IMG/VR virus record: IMGVR_UViG_3300030433_001347
Coordinates: 1-35,070 of that record
Length of the DNA: 35,070 bases
Source: a virus
Lineage: Duplodnaviria > Caudoviricetes
Strand: one strand, 5' to 3'
The notes beneath the pieces were generated by a model. That model worked only from the letters and a program-made list of their open reading frames with translations. It was not told the DNA's origin and made no database searches. Position numbers and translations under genes: made by a program. Shown here piece after piece: positions 25,501-33,069 of the stretch (positions within the stretch are counted from its first letter, which is position 1; each line of letters begins with the position of its first letter).

Positions 25501-26816
25501 TTCGTGTTTATGTCGTAGACCTTGACTCCTCCAGTATACAACGAAAAGGCTCCCAGCCCTGTGTCGGTTCCTATGTGTGCGCCACTTATGTCGCCACTTT
25601 GAAATTGCCTTGGATTAGAAGCGGCGGGGATACTGCTAGTAGTGTCTCCCCAGTAAGCTAAGTAGTTCCATCTGTCAGTAGCGTTGCCGCTAGTATCTGT
25701 GTCAAAGAGAGTTCCGATATCGACATAATCAAAAGTAAGTGTTCTGTCGGTGGCATCCCCTACGTCAGTAATGCGAACACGTATAGACTTATCGGTGTTA
25801 CGGTATGAACCTAATCTGATTAAGTCCCCCACTTGGAAGTTTGAGAGGTTATTCAGCCAGCCTCCTGTAAAATCAGAAGCGTCATCCGCATTGTAAACCA
25901 TCTTGTTAACGACAGTATCTGAACTACTCGACGTTATGAAACTGCCGCTGTCTTTTTTGAACTGCCAATGAATCGTGGAGTCCCCTAGCATATTCCACCC
26001 GTCATCACCTCCGTCAGTCACCCATCGATCATCGACAGCATAACCAAGGTTGTCATCAAAGCTCGCAGGGTCTCCACCTACTCTTCCTAGTAAAAATTTA
26101 TTAGTTGCAGGTGCTACAGCAGTTCCGCTTGAAGTCACCTTGGCCATGTCTTGGCTTGTCTTCCTTAGTATGAAATCTTGGTTAGCATTCAGTATAATGC
26201 CAGCATCACCTGTGAGGCCATCAATGCGAACCACATCGTTTTCTGCGAATGAATGGCCACTAGCTAAAGTAATAGCAAACACACCGTCCACCCACCGACC
26301 ATCAGTATGTTTGACGCTTTCGATAGCGATGTCTGACACGCTTACTTTTCCGATCCCTACTGTGTCAGAGCCACCAGAGGTTGTTGAAAGGGAGACTGTA
26401 GTCCCTGTTGTTTTAATGTAGTAAGTGCGTCCTTCTTTTAAACCTGTAGGTAGCTGCCCCTCATCTTCATCGACCTGAAACCTTACTGCTGTGTTGGCAT
26501 CAATGGATGTACCTACTGTAATCGTGTTGTTCCCTGCGCTGACATCGGTGACTGTCTGGGACTCCTGCTTGTCTATTGCTAGGACATACTGCTCTGATGA
26601 ATCTCTGTTGATCGTGTGGACAAAGGTCTTGTTCTCGTTGGTAGTGTCCAGAGCGACATTGGTGATGTGTTTAGTTGGGGGCCTTTTGACTAGCCCTTTG
26701 ATTGGTGAGGAATACGCATTGATCTGTTCAGTAGCCTGTGAAGGATACCGTTGGGATTCAGCCTGCTGGCTTACTCCTTGGTTTAGACTTGCTGCTGCAT
26801 TCTTAACTAAAGGCAT
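22482..26816 (-). CDS. Tail tubular protein B / nozzle (gp12-like) with large insertions (1444 aa)
   Basis: GVSQQ, GLVKRPPT, INRD..EQY, VADYTFIVN, GD..TNPFPSF, FRNRLGFLSGEN, AWFKY motifs. Confidence 0.92.
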   Translation of the reverse strand: MPLVKNAAASLNQGVSQQAESQRYPSQATEQINAYSSPIKGLVKRPPTKHITNVALDTTNENKTFVHTINRDSSEQYVLAIDKQESQTVTDVSAGNNTITVGTSIDANTAVRFQVDEDEGQLPTGLKEGRTYYIKTTGTTVSLSTTSGGSDTVGIGKVSVSDIAIESVKHTDGRWVDGVFAITLASGHSFAENDVVRIDGLTGDAGIILNANQDFILRKTSQDMAKVTSSGTAVAPATNKFLLGRVGGDPASFDDNLGYAVDDRWVTDGGDDGWNMLGDSTIHWQFKKDSGSFITSSSSDTVVNKMVYNADDASDFTGGWLNNLSNFQVGDLIRLGSYRNTDKSIRVRITDVGDATDRTLTFDYVDIGTLFDTDTSGNATDRWNYLAYWGDTTSSIPAASNPRQFQSGDISGAHIGTDTGLGAFSLYTGGVKVYDINTKQEKTVNIDSGLNYITATTDPAAELSAVTVADYTFIVNKTVQTEAAPDIKYSKNYEAFITAKTADYGKKYSIKVGGEVNKQYSGNAKESELKIDGVNSQGVQVPVAKLKAKTQDSKFSGYQVRLLQNWDYTKSTRIVPSRLYPSTATNPSEKVYTDLIPPREYRVNEYVGIEYNKADRVINIWVNFSWAKAGTTAASKRTTVDHLIKAVASSPLGEDFEVKELNASGDEATGNASNLFFLKTYVGQAGEKKTATYRLTAGTGSKDHTLTWYEGPDETVGQNVNNYAVAGYLSPSAGTLVVRGRYTGKGVQAATTASTFNATKLEDGEFLYKTARWSGATTQEEIGTERIAEMLASNAKIEQGSYSPTLPSKANGLPITKKHTEDSGDHKTDEDCLGLTWSHSNHEGQYLAQYSGQGRVDNHTENWSVIQEGYTIALKNPEGSRFSIQVSDDLGGNGLKLTYFEVDESAELPDVCRHGHVVKVVGNAREEADDYYLRFVADVEDPNELRHGRWVECVGYEQKYKFDSSTMPVGLVRESDGSFTLKELTWNERQAGDEATNPFPSFTGNTINDVFLFRNRLGFLSGENIIFSEAGEYFNFFRSTTAALLDTAPIDVTASTNKVSTLHSAIPYKERLIIFSDQTQFVLDADPFLSVKTVTLSPSNEIESLTGVKPVVSGSSVFYGYGKTDYSGVGELTVAVEDADQMDTSDATGHVPKYIKGSIRKIAAATNEDVVCFITDDTASATLYVYKYFTGERNEKMQAAWFKYTFGAANDYITDISFIGNTLYMILRRSNVMYLESLTFEDDIKDTSMDYLVRLDRKRNKSDFANDQYSATTITLPYNVTANTRVVTAGSILKASTTTGSTTFTLSGVDLTAVDWWVGELYTMEYTFSQPFLKHDRVTDTGRYQIQRAFLEYANARSFTVDVIHNPKMDAPNKNTITNTYANDSLHSILTGSADLQEGFFKFGVQERNDRLQIVVKNDTPYPSDFLSIDYEARTFARGSRWRG

Positions 26817-27646
26817 CAGACTTTGTAGAGATTAGATATAGAGGGTGACTGTACTGCTTGCCCTCGTGATACTGTGTAATAAGGTAAAGAAGCATTGAAC
26901 ACGTTGGTCTCTGCATTCTCTGAGTCAGCTTGGATAAATTGTGCGTGAGCTTCACGCTCCTCGTAGGACGCCATCTGTACCAACTGAGGGTCTCCTACGT
27001 GTCGTTGTGCGAACACACGTGCAGCCTTCATGGTGATATACCTACGAGCATATTCAGGGAGTGCTTCTCCTCCTGAGGAGTTTTGCTCAAAGGGAATCTG
27101 ATACGTGATGATTGCCTTGAGGTCTTCGTTGTACTCGTAAGTGGCGTTTCTCTTGTCGTAGATGAACCTGCCTCTTACCACAGGGTCTATGTCACCGTAG
27201 CGGTACGAGGAGAAATCTACGTTTAGTGCTGTTGTAGGAGTACCAATACGTTTGGTGTATCCCATTGATGTACCTGTGGGGCCTGCACTGGCCACAAAGG
27301 AGTTGGCGTTAGTCACAGAAGCAACAGTATAATTGGTGTCCCCTATAGTTACTGTTTCTCCTTTGGACAAATAGTGAGGGGCATCATCGTTACCGTTCTT
27401 TGTGGTCACCGTGGTTGTGTTTGTTACTGCACAAGTGATGGTCTCACTGCCACGTGCCAACTCGACATCATAGAAGATATTGAAGTGCCAGCCTTCAGAC
27501 TGAACCGCCTTGTCTATCTCCTCTAATATCTTTTGAGCATCATTGGCTTCGCCTGCAGTTGCCAGTTGGCTGATCCGAGACTGCCCAATGGTGGACAACA
27601 TCTGGTTGACCGCCTCCAACTTTCCTGTAAATGCACCGTAAGCCAT
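26816..27646 (-). CDS. Tail tubular protein A / adaptor (gp11-like) with an insertion
   Basis: LEAVNQML..IG, VQSEGWHFN and LPEYARRYIT.KAAR.F motifs. Start at MAYGAF (27646), after the terminator. Confidence 0.92.
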   Translation of the reverse strand: MAYGAFTGKLEAVNQMLSTIGQSRISQLATAGEANDAQKILEEIDKAVQSEGWHFNIFYDVELARGSETITCAVTNTTTVTTKNGNDDAPHYLSKGETVTIGDTNYTVASVTNANSFVASAGPTGTSMGYTKRIGTPTTALNVDFSSYRYGDIDPVVRGRFIYDKRNATYEYNEDLKAIITYQIPFEQNSSGGEALPEYARRYITMKAARVFAQRHVGDPQLVQMASYEEREAHAQFIQADSENAETNVFNASLPYYTVSRGQAVQSPSISNLYKV

Positions 27647-27653
27647 AATAAAT

Positions 27654-27692
27654 AAAAAAGAGGGAACCCCCCAATATTTCAGAGGGGTTCCC
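27654..27692 (-). terminator. Rho-independent terminator after major capsid (T-phi position)
   Basis: GGGAACCCCTC-TGAAATATT-GGGGGGTTCCC followed by TCTTTTTT on the minus strand. Confidence 0.9.
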
Positions 27693-27701
27693 AATGATTG
27701 A

Positions 27702-28961
27702 TTATGGAGTCGCGTTCGCGGTTACGTCAGAATCAGTATCAGACTCTGGACGAGTACCGTCAGACCAAACAACAACAGACTCAGGGCGAAGAGGCCCGTG
27801 ACCCATGCTATACTTGGCAACGAACAGGTTACCTTGACGGGAGATCATGTATTCTGACTCCATCGTCAAGTCCTGCAGTTTCAACGTACCGAATCCACCC
27901 TTCTGGAACACGATGCCAGCACAGTGGGTGTAGTCTAGGTCGTAGTTATTACCTGTTTGACCTTCCCAACGGTTTGCATGGGTTCCAGAAGTTTCGTCAT
28001 CCTTCGGAAGGTGATTGCTTACCAGAATGTTGATTCCAGCCAACTGGGTAATAGTGCCAGAAGCAATAGAACCAGCACCTCCAATGTCTTTGTTGATGAC
28101 CGAACCAGTGACAATCTGGTCACTGTTGATCAACTCGTAGTACATCGCAGGAGTGATGATGGCATACCGATCACTTGAAGGAACGTCCTTCTCGTCCAAC
28201 AACCGTGCAGACTCAAAGAGAGCGTTGCGGATTGCTGTAGCATCAGGATTAGCCCTTAGCTTGTTAACCTCTGTAGATGCAGAAGCCGTGTTAGCCTTCA
28301 TAGATGCACTTAACGTACCATCTGTGTCCACAACTGCCTTACTGTACACAACAGAACCACGTTTGGTTTGGTCAGTGATCCAAGCGTCAGACGGAATAAG
28401 AGGCTTCTTATTTGCGTTGTTTACACCAGCGGTTTCCGTATCAGATGACATGTTCTTTGCTCCTGTTTTAATAGCCACCTTGAGGACGTTCTTGTCAAAC
28501 TGAGTTGCCAAGGCTTCACCAAGTTGGTGTGTATAAGGGGCGCGAACATCGAAGTGACTCACCAGTTCATCAATAGAAGAAATGAAGGTGTTAGCCATCA
28601 ACACTTTGTCAATGTGGATGAGTACTTCGGTCTGCTTGAATTGGTTAAGACCGCCGTTGAGGCCTGCACCTGTACCGTCAGCACCTAAGATGTCTGAACC
28701 GGGGGTGTAGTAGCCTGCTCCTGCAGTTCCGATTACAGGGAACTGTGCCGATTTACCTTTCGAGATAGTACGAATGGTATGTAACGGTTTCATGATGTTT
28801 TTCTCATCGAACACCGTCATTACCTCTCCCGCGAATTTCTTCAGGAAGAGACCTGTTGTATCGTCAGCCCATAGGTTTGTACCTACGCGACCTTCGACGT
28901 TAATGTTTGAACGACCACCGGCTGAACCGTTAGCCCCAAATAAGTTTGCTGTATATGCCAT
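27702..28961 (-). CDS. Major capsid protein (T7 gp10-like, 419 aa)
   Basis: LFLKKFAGEV, RTISKGKSAQFPVIG, LDEKDVP..DRY and GHG.LRPE motifs. GAAAGG SD-like site upstream. Confidence 0.96.
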   Translation of the reverse strand: MAYTANLFGANGSAGGRSNINVEGRVGTNLWADDTTGLFLKKFAGEVMTVFDEKNIMKPLHTIRTISKGKSAQFPVIGTAGAGYYTPGSDILGADGTGAGLNGGLNQFKQTEVLIHIDKVLMANTFISSIDELVSHFDVRAPYTHQLGEALATQFDKNVLKVAIKTGAKNMSSDTETAGVNNANKKPLIPSDAWITDQTKRGSVVYSKAVVDTDGTLSASMKANTASASTEVNKLRANPDATAIRNALFESARLLDEKDVPSSDRYAIITPAMYYELINSDQIVTGSVINKDIGGAGSIASGTITQLAGINILVSNHLPKDDETSGTHANRWEGQTGNNYDLDYTHCAGIVFQKGGFGTLKLQDLTMESEYMISRQGNLFVAKYSMGHGPLRPESVVVWSDGTRPESDTDSDVTANATP

Positions 28962-29033
28962 GATATAGCCTTTCTTTTTACTTTGTTACTAAACAACTAA
29001 TGACCACAGCACTCACTGCAGTCTACTAACTAA

Positions 29034-29074
29034 CAATCCCTATTGGATTGCCTTCAAGTTGTCGGTCGTAACCG
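29034..29074 (-). promoter_or_regulatory. Two small hairpins in the capsid upstream region (candidate late promoter/processing element)
   Basis: CGGT-TACG-ACCG followed by ACAACTT, then CAATCC-AATAG-GGATTG, in the 114-nt intergenic gap before the capsid gene. Confidence 0.35.
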
Positions 29075-29075
29075 G

Positions 29076-29348
29076 CTATTCGGCTTCCCCTTCGGGCAAA
29101 TTCATAGGCCCAGCTAACCAGCCCTCTGGCAACTGAACCTTATTTGCGGAGAGTTCCCATCCCTCCTTTGGGCCTTTGTAATAATATACGTGACCCTTCA
29201 CATCTGGCCCTATCCTTACCAGTGTGTCATTGGGGTGAATGAATACTACTTTTTTTGAACCTGTCAAGCATCCGCTGCTCCCAAGCGTCACGCAACTTGC
29301 GAGGCACAACGGGAGCAACCGTAGCTGTAACAGGTTTAGCAGCTTCAT
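29076..29348 (-). CDS. Lipoprotein, o-spanin-like (90 aa)
   Basis: Signal-like hydrophobic N-terminus with LAS-C / SSG-C lipobox candidates. Overlaps the ORF at 29227-29400 out of frame. Confidence 0.6.
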   Translation of the reverse strand: MKLLNLLQLRLLPLCLASCVTLGSSGCLTGSKKVVFIHPNDTLVRIGPDVKGHVYYYKGPKEGWELSANKVQLPEGWLAGPMNLPEGEAE

Positions 29349-29400
29349 TCACCAGCAGGCTTAGTATTTCCTTCAGTATTACTGCCAGTATTTCCAGCAT
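29227..29400 (-). CDS. i-spanin-like small membrane protein MLEILAVILKEILSLLVNEAAKPVTATVAPVVPRKLRDAWEQRMLDRFKKSSIHSPQ (57 aa)
   Basis: Hand-translated. N-terminal amphipathic/hydrophobic helix. Rz/Rz1-like overlap with the lipoprotein gene. Confidence 0.5.
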   Translation of the reverse strand: MLEILAVILKEILSLLVNEAAKPVTATVAPVVPRKLRDAWEQRMLDRFKKSSIHSPQ

Positions 29401-29620
29401 TTAACTTTACCTGTGCGTCTAACTGTTGCTTCTTCAAGGTCAGGCGTGATCCTGTATAGCCTAGGGCTACCAGTGTGGCAGTTATAAGGCCTACTATTTT
29501 GGCCCCAAACTCGTTGTCTTCCACCATGCCTGAACTAGCGATAGCACCAACAGCTACTGCTGCCATGCTCATCCAGAACTCTGTACTCTTGTACCCTGCT
29601 TTCTTTTCTACTGTGTTCAT
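29345..29620 (-). CDS. Two-TM holin-like membrane protein (91 aa)
   Basis: GYKSTEFW motif followed by two hydrophobic helices and GY..SR...K. Confidence 0.6.
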   Translation of the reverse strand: MNTVEKKAGYKSTEFWMSMAAVAVGAIASSGMVEDNEFGAKIVGLITATLVALGYTGSRLTLKKQQLDAQVKLNAGNTGSNTEGNTKPAGE

Positions 29621-29673
29621 TTAGGTCTTGGTTTGGGTCGTTTTACTTTAGGCCCTTTAGTGGTGTAGTTCAT
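29617..29673 (-). CDS. Basic micro-peptide MNYTTKGPKVKRPKPRPK (18 aa)
   Basis: ATGA overlap with the scaffold stop and ATGA overlap with the next gene's start. Exactly fills the gap. Confidence 0.45.
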   Translation of the reverse strand: MNYTTKGPKVKRPKPRPK

Positions 29674-30398
29674 AAATTTGTTTTAGCTAAACGTTTCTCC
29701 ACCATTGCGTGGAACTGCTTGTCCCCTGCCTTATACCTTGGGTCTTTCATGTCCTGCATCATCTCGTAGTTAGAGCCGTATCCCCCTACATTCTGTGGCT
29801 TACCTCCTTGGACTAGGTTAGGTGACGCACCCTCACTAGCTCCTCCTGCAGCCACAAACTGTGCATACATGCCCTTGATGGCCAGTTTGGCTAGGCCTTT
29901 GTCTCCACCGATGGCATCGTTGTAGGCATCTATGTCGCTCTGATCTACGTTCTCAGACATCCAAGCAGCCATTTGTTTGTACTGCTCCTCTCCTCCAGCT
30001 ATCCCATAGAGTTCCTGTTCTTCTGCTGACCGTAGGAGTTGTTGTCCTTGTATGTAGTTATCAACTATTTCCCTTGAAAGTCCCTTATCTGACAGTGCCT
30101 TATAGGTGTCATCACTCAAGCCGCCTTTTTCAGCATACTCATTTGCATATTGTTCAAAGTCAGCATCCGTAACGAGGCCTTTCTCTTCCGCTTGCCTTGA
30201 AGAAAACTTCTTTTCAAGACTACTGTAGGCCTTGGCAAGGTCTTCAGGTGATCCGAACTTTTCTGGAAGCCACTCTGGGCGGTCTGACGGTTCCTGTTGT
30301 TCTTGTTGAACGGTCTCTTGTGCTTCAGATGGTTGCTCAACGTTCGCTTGAGGTTCATCTGGGCCTGTTTCTTGGTCGGTTATGGTTACTCTTTCCAT
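29670..30398 (-). CDS. Capsid assembly scaffold protein (gp9-like)
   Basis: RPEWLPEKF.SPEDLAKAYS.LEKK, AGGEEQY..M..W and DPRY motifs. Acidic. Lies between portal and capsid. Confidence 0.92.
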   Translation of the reverse strand: MERVTITDQETGPDEPQANVEQPSEAQETVQQEQQEPSDRPEWLPEKFGSPEDLAKAYSSLEKKFSSRQAEEKGLVTDADFEQYANEYAEKGGLSDDTYKALSDKGLSREIVDNYIQGQQLLRSAEEQELYGIAGGEEQYKQMAAWMSENVDQSDIDAYNDAIGGDKGLAKLAIKGMYAQFVAAGGASEGASPNLVQGGKPQNVGGYGSNYEMMQDMKDPRYKAGDKQFHAMVEKRLAKTNL

Positions 30399-30520
30399 CA
30401 CTTATCTGTTTTGACTTGCCTATACCAAGGCCAATCCTCTTTGTTGGTTTCTCTCTTCTTTTTCTTTTGAACACATTCTCCTTTGCAAGTGTCATCAAAG
30501 CAGTCTTTGTTTTTACACAT
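30398..30520 (-). CDS. Cys-rich micro-protein MCKNKDCFDDTCKGECVQKKKKRETNKEDWPWYRQVKTDK (40 aa)
   Basis: Hand-translated. Starts 4 nt after the portal stop. TGATG overlap with the scaffold start. Confidence 0.55.
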   Translation of the reverse strand: MCKNKDCFDDTCKGECVQKKKKRETNKEDWPWYRQVKTDK

Positions 30521-30524
30521 AAGA

Positions 30525-32111
30525 TTACTGCATTTGTTCAGAGGCTGCTTGAGCCATCTCTTGAAATCTTTCAGGATCGTCCTGAGCTATTTTCCCAGCA
30601 GCATTAGCAACATTAGGTGCTATCTGTGACATCATCTGTTGTTGTTGAGCCATCTGCTGCTCTTGTTGAATCTCCTCTTCGGAACGGATGAGGCCTTCAA
30701 CGTCAATGCCGAGTGAAGTGGCCCGTCTCTTGAGGTAATCCCCCATGTTTACGTAGGTAGCAAACTGGTCTCCCAGCAGTTGACTTGCTCCTGCTATGAA
30801 AGAGTCCAGTTTGTTAAGGTCGTGGCCCCTACCTAATGCCTCAAGCCCTGTTACAATGGTTGTCTTAACGATTTTCTTGGGTAACTTAGGTAAACGCCCC
30901 GCCTTGGCCATTCTGTCCATCAACCTATTTACGAGCGGCATCTGGAATTCTTGAGAGAGGATGGAGTAGACACCCCCTAACACATCCTCAAGTTCCTGAG
31001 CCATGAACCGAATCTCTTCAGCCGTAACTCGTTCGCCTTGCCTTTGGATAGCTGTGTTCATCAAGAAGGCAAACCCAAGTCGTTCCTTAATTTGGGTTAT
31101 AGTTTCTTGAGCCACCCTGAGGTCGGCAAATTTCTCCACCTGCAAGACCGTGACATCTTGAGAGTTCCCCTGCACAATAGCACCGTTAGGACTATTAGCC
31201 AAAATACGTGGACGAGTGGTTCCATTTGGATTTACTAAGAATAAAACTTTTGCAGAAGCAGCACTGGCTTCGACGATAGCTTGGGTGAGTCCTTCCAGAG
31301 ACTGCAGGTCTCCCATGTACTCCTCAATGAAGCCCCTCCCGTAGTCTTCATTCTCTATGCGACTATACCTGAGGGGTATCCACGGGTTTTTATCCAGTGG
31401 ATACTCCCCCTCAGCCTCAGGTATATTTATGTCAGCTATCTCCTGTCGTACCACCCACTTCTTACCTTGCCGGTAAATTCCTGTGTAGACATCAACGGTC
31501 TTCTTGTTCCCTGCTGCTGGACTAGAGAAGTCTATCTCCTGTAGCTGTTCTTTTACAGATTCAGGGATGGTGTCCACTGAGAGGGATTCCTTGACGATGA
31601 TGTCTTGGACGTTGCCCATTGGATCACGGTGAGTGACGTAGCGATCCAAGTTAAATACACGTAAGCCTCCTTTGTCAGGGACGTACAACAGTACATTTCC
31701 TGAGACAATCAGTTGTTTGAGGGCTTCAAAGACTCCGACACGAACAGCACTGGTTTCCACCTCGGATTGTACTGCTCGTTCTACTTCTGCTAATGCTTTT
31801 TCTAATTCAGTTTTAAGATTGGCATCAGTCTGGCCTTGGCTGGCACTCTCAAGCTCATATTTGTCTATGATTAGCCTGAAGAATGGAGAATTTGGGGGCA
31901 AAAGAGCCAGCAGTAGCTTGGATGCTAGGTTGTTTACGCCTCTGGCTCCAATAGATTGGAAAGGTTGGGGGTAAACTGTGGCTGGCCCGTTGCTATCGGG
32001 TGGGACTAGGTAAGGAATCGTTAGTTTAGCTGCGTCCCTAGCCCGTTGGAGGTAGGAATCCCTGTCAGCTTCGCAGCTTTGGTAGTAGCTTTTGAGGGAG
32101 CCTGTGTGCAT
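30525..32111 (-). CDS. Portal / head-tail connector (gp8-like)
   Basis: QSIGARGVNNLASKL, YGRGFIEEY.GDL.SLE, ERVTAEEIR and TGLEALGRG motifs. Confidence 0.97.
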   Translation of the reverse strand: MHTGSLKSYYQSCEADRDSYLQRARDAAKLTIPYLVPPDSNGPATVYPQPFQSIGARGVNNLASKLLLALLPPNSPFFRLIIDKYELESASQGQTDANLKTELEKALAEVERAVQSEVETSAVRVGVFEALKQLIVSGNVLLYVPDKGGLRVFNLDRYVTHRDPMGNVQDIIVKESLSVDTIPESVKEQLQEIDFSSPAAGNKKTVDVYTGIYRQGKKWVVRQEIADINIPEAEGEYPLDKNPWIPLRYSRIENEDYGRGFIEEYMGDLQSLEGLTQAIVEASAASAKVLFLVNPNGTTRPRILANSPNGAIVQGNSQDVTVLQVEKFADLRVAQETITQIKERLGFAFLMNTAIQRQGERVTAEEIRFMAQELEDVLGGVYSILSQEFQMPLVNRLMDRMAKAGRLPKLPKKIVKTTIVTGLEALGRGHDLNKLDSFIAGASQLLGDQFATYVNMGDYLKRRATSLGIDVEGLIRSEEEIQQEQQMAQQQQMMSQIAPNVANAAGKIAQDDPERFQEMAQAASEQMQ

Positions 32112-32338
32112 TAGCTGTATACTCCTACGCCGCCCTTGTTGGTGTTGACCCCTGTGGGTCTTGAATCCTGTTGTACTACTAGGGATTGCCTAGCTGTTCC
32201 TCGCCTCCGCTTGTCCTTGCCTTTACCTACCATAGACTGCGGTTTTCTGGTGGATTCTCCTGCTTTGTTAGGTGCAGGAGGAAGCGGCATAGGCGCGGGG
32301 GCCTTAACTATTTTAGGTTTTGGTGCTGACAGACACAT
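32111..32338 (-). CDS. Small virion protein (gp6.7/gp7.3-like)
   Basis: MC start, Pro/Lys-rich, RRRGT..SL motif. Immediately upstream of the portal with TAATG overlap. Confidence 0.7.
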   Translation of the reverse strand: MCLSAPKPKIVKAPAPMPLPPAPNKAGESTRKPQSMVGKGKDKRRRGTARQSLVVQQDSRPTGVNTNKGGVGVYS

Positions 32339-32528
32339 CCCTTAACTCCTCGTATATACTTGTAAGCGTTCTTACAACAGACTGTTGCCCTTGTTTATAA
32401 CGAATGATCCCCATCTCTTCGTCATCAGGCATCCGGTCTGGATATACCCCTTTCAACCACAGGATAAGCTCCTCTGATACTGGAGGCAACTTCTCATTAG
32501 CAAAATTAATAGGAAGGTCAAGCGGCAT
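32313..32528 (-). CDS. gp6.5-like small protein
   Basis: P.VSEELI.WL...YPD..P and GQQSVV..L pattern. Synteny. Confidence 0.65.
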   Translation of the reverse strand: MPLDLPINFANEKLPPVSEELILWLKGVYPDRMPDDEEMGIIRYKQGQQSVVRTLTSIYEELRDVSVSTKT

Positions 32529-33069
32529 TTTTTAATATATTTAAAGTTTCTAGCATTTGGCTGACTGATTTTGTGAGTTCCTCTTTGGTCTTGTCGTTGT
32601 TGAGAATGTAGTCGTAGTCCCCATAATCATTGAGGTCATTCTCTGAGGAGTGGTTGTCAAATGACTCAGGGTATCCTGAATCTCTACGCTCAACCTTGAC
32701 GAGGGTTCCTCCGATCTCCTTGATGTACCTAGCTTCGTTGGTAAAACGGCAATCAGTAATGAACAGTACATCGTAGTGGCTTGAGGACTGCTCAACTATA
32801 GGCCTCATTTTGTCGATCCAGTAGTCTGCGCCACAGTACTTACGCCTGAAGTCAGCACCCCATGTCTGAAGCAGGGGCCTGAGTCCCTCTTTGTTTTTCT
32901 CTATGAACTCCAGATTGAATCCTGTGATCTCTGCTATTTCATGTTTAAGAGGATCAGCAAAAGCAACACGCCCTGCCTTGGCCTTGTTCTCCTTCAGGCA
33001 TTCGCCAGCCACTTGGTAGACAGTATCTTTTCCTGACCGTTTCTTCCCCGATAATCCTATGATCTTCAT
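32518..33069 (-). CDS. Deoxynucleoside monophosphate kinase (T4 gp1-like)
   Basis: GLSGKKRSGKDT P-loop, FADPLK, LQTWG, ITDCRF.NE and H.SE motifs. Confidence 0.9.
   Translation of the reverse strand: MKIIGLSGKKRSGKDTVYQVAGECLKENKAKAGRVAFADPLKHEIAEITGFNLEFIEKNKEGLRPLLQTWGADFRRKYCGADYWIDKMRPIVEQSSSHYDVLFITDCRFTNEARYIKEIGGTLVKVERRDSGYPESFDNHSSENDLNDYGDYDYILNNDKTKEELTKSVSQMLETLNILKNAA

Noticed and set aside
27647-27694. N-terminal extension of tail tubular A given in the ORF track
   Set aside because: It runs through the terminator hairpin. The ATG at 27646 is the better start.
27654-27730. T7 10A/10B-type capsid frameshift extension
   Set aside because: No clear slippery site, and the terminator follows within about 10 nt of the stop, leaving no room for an extension domain.
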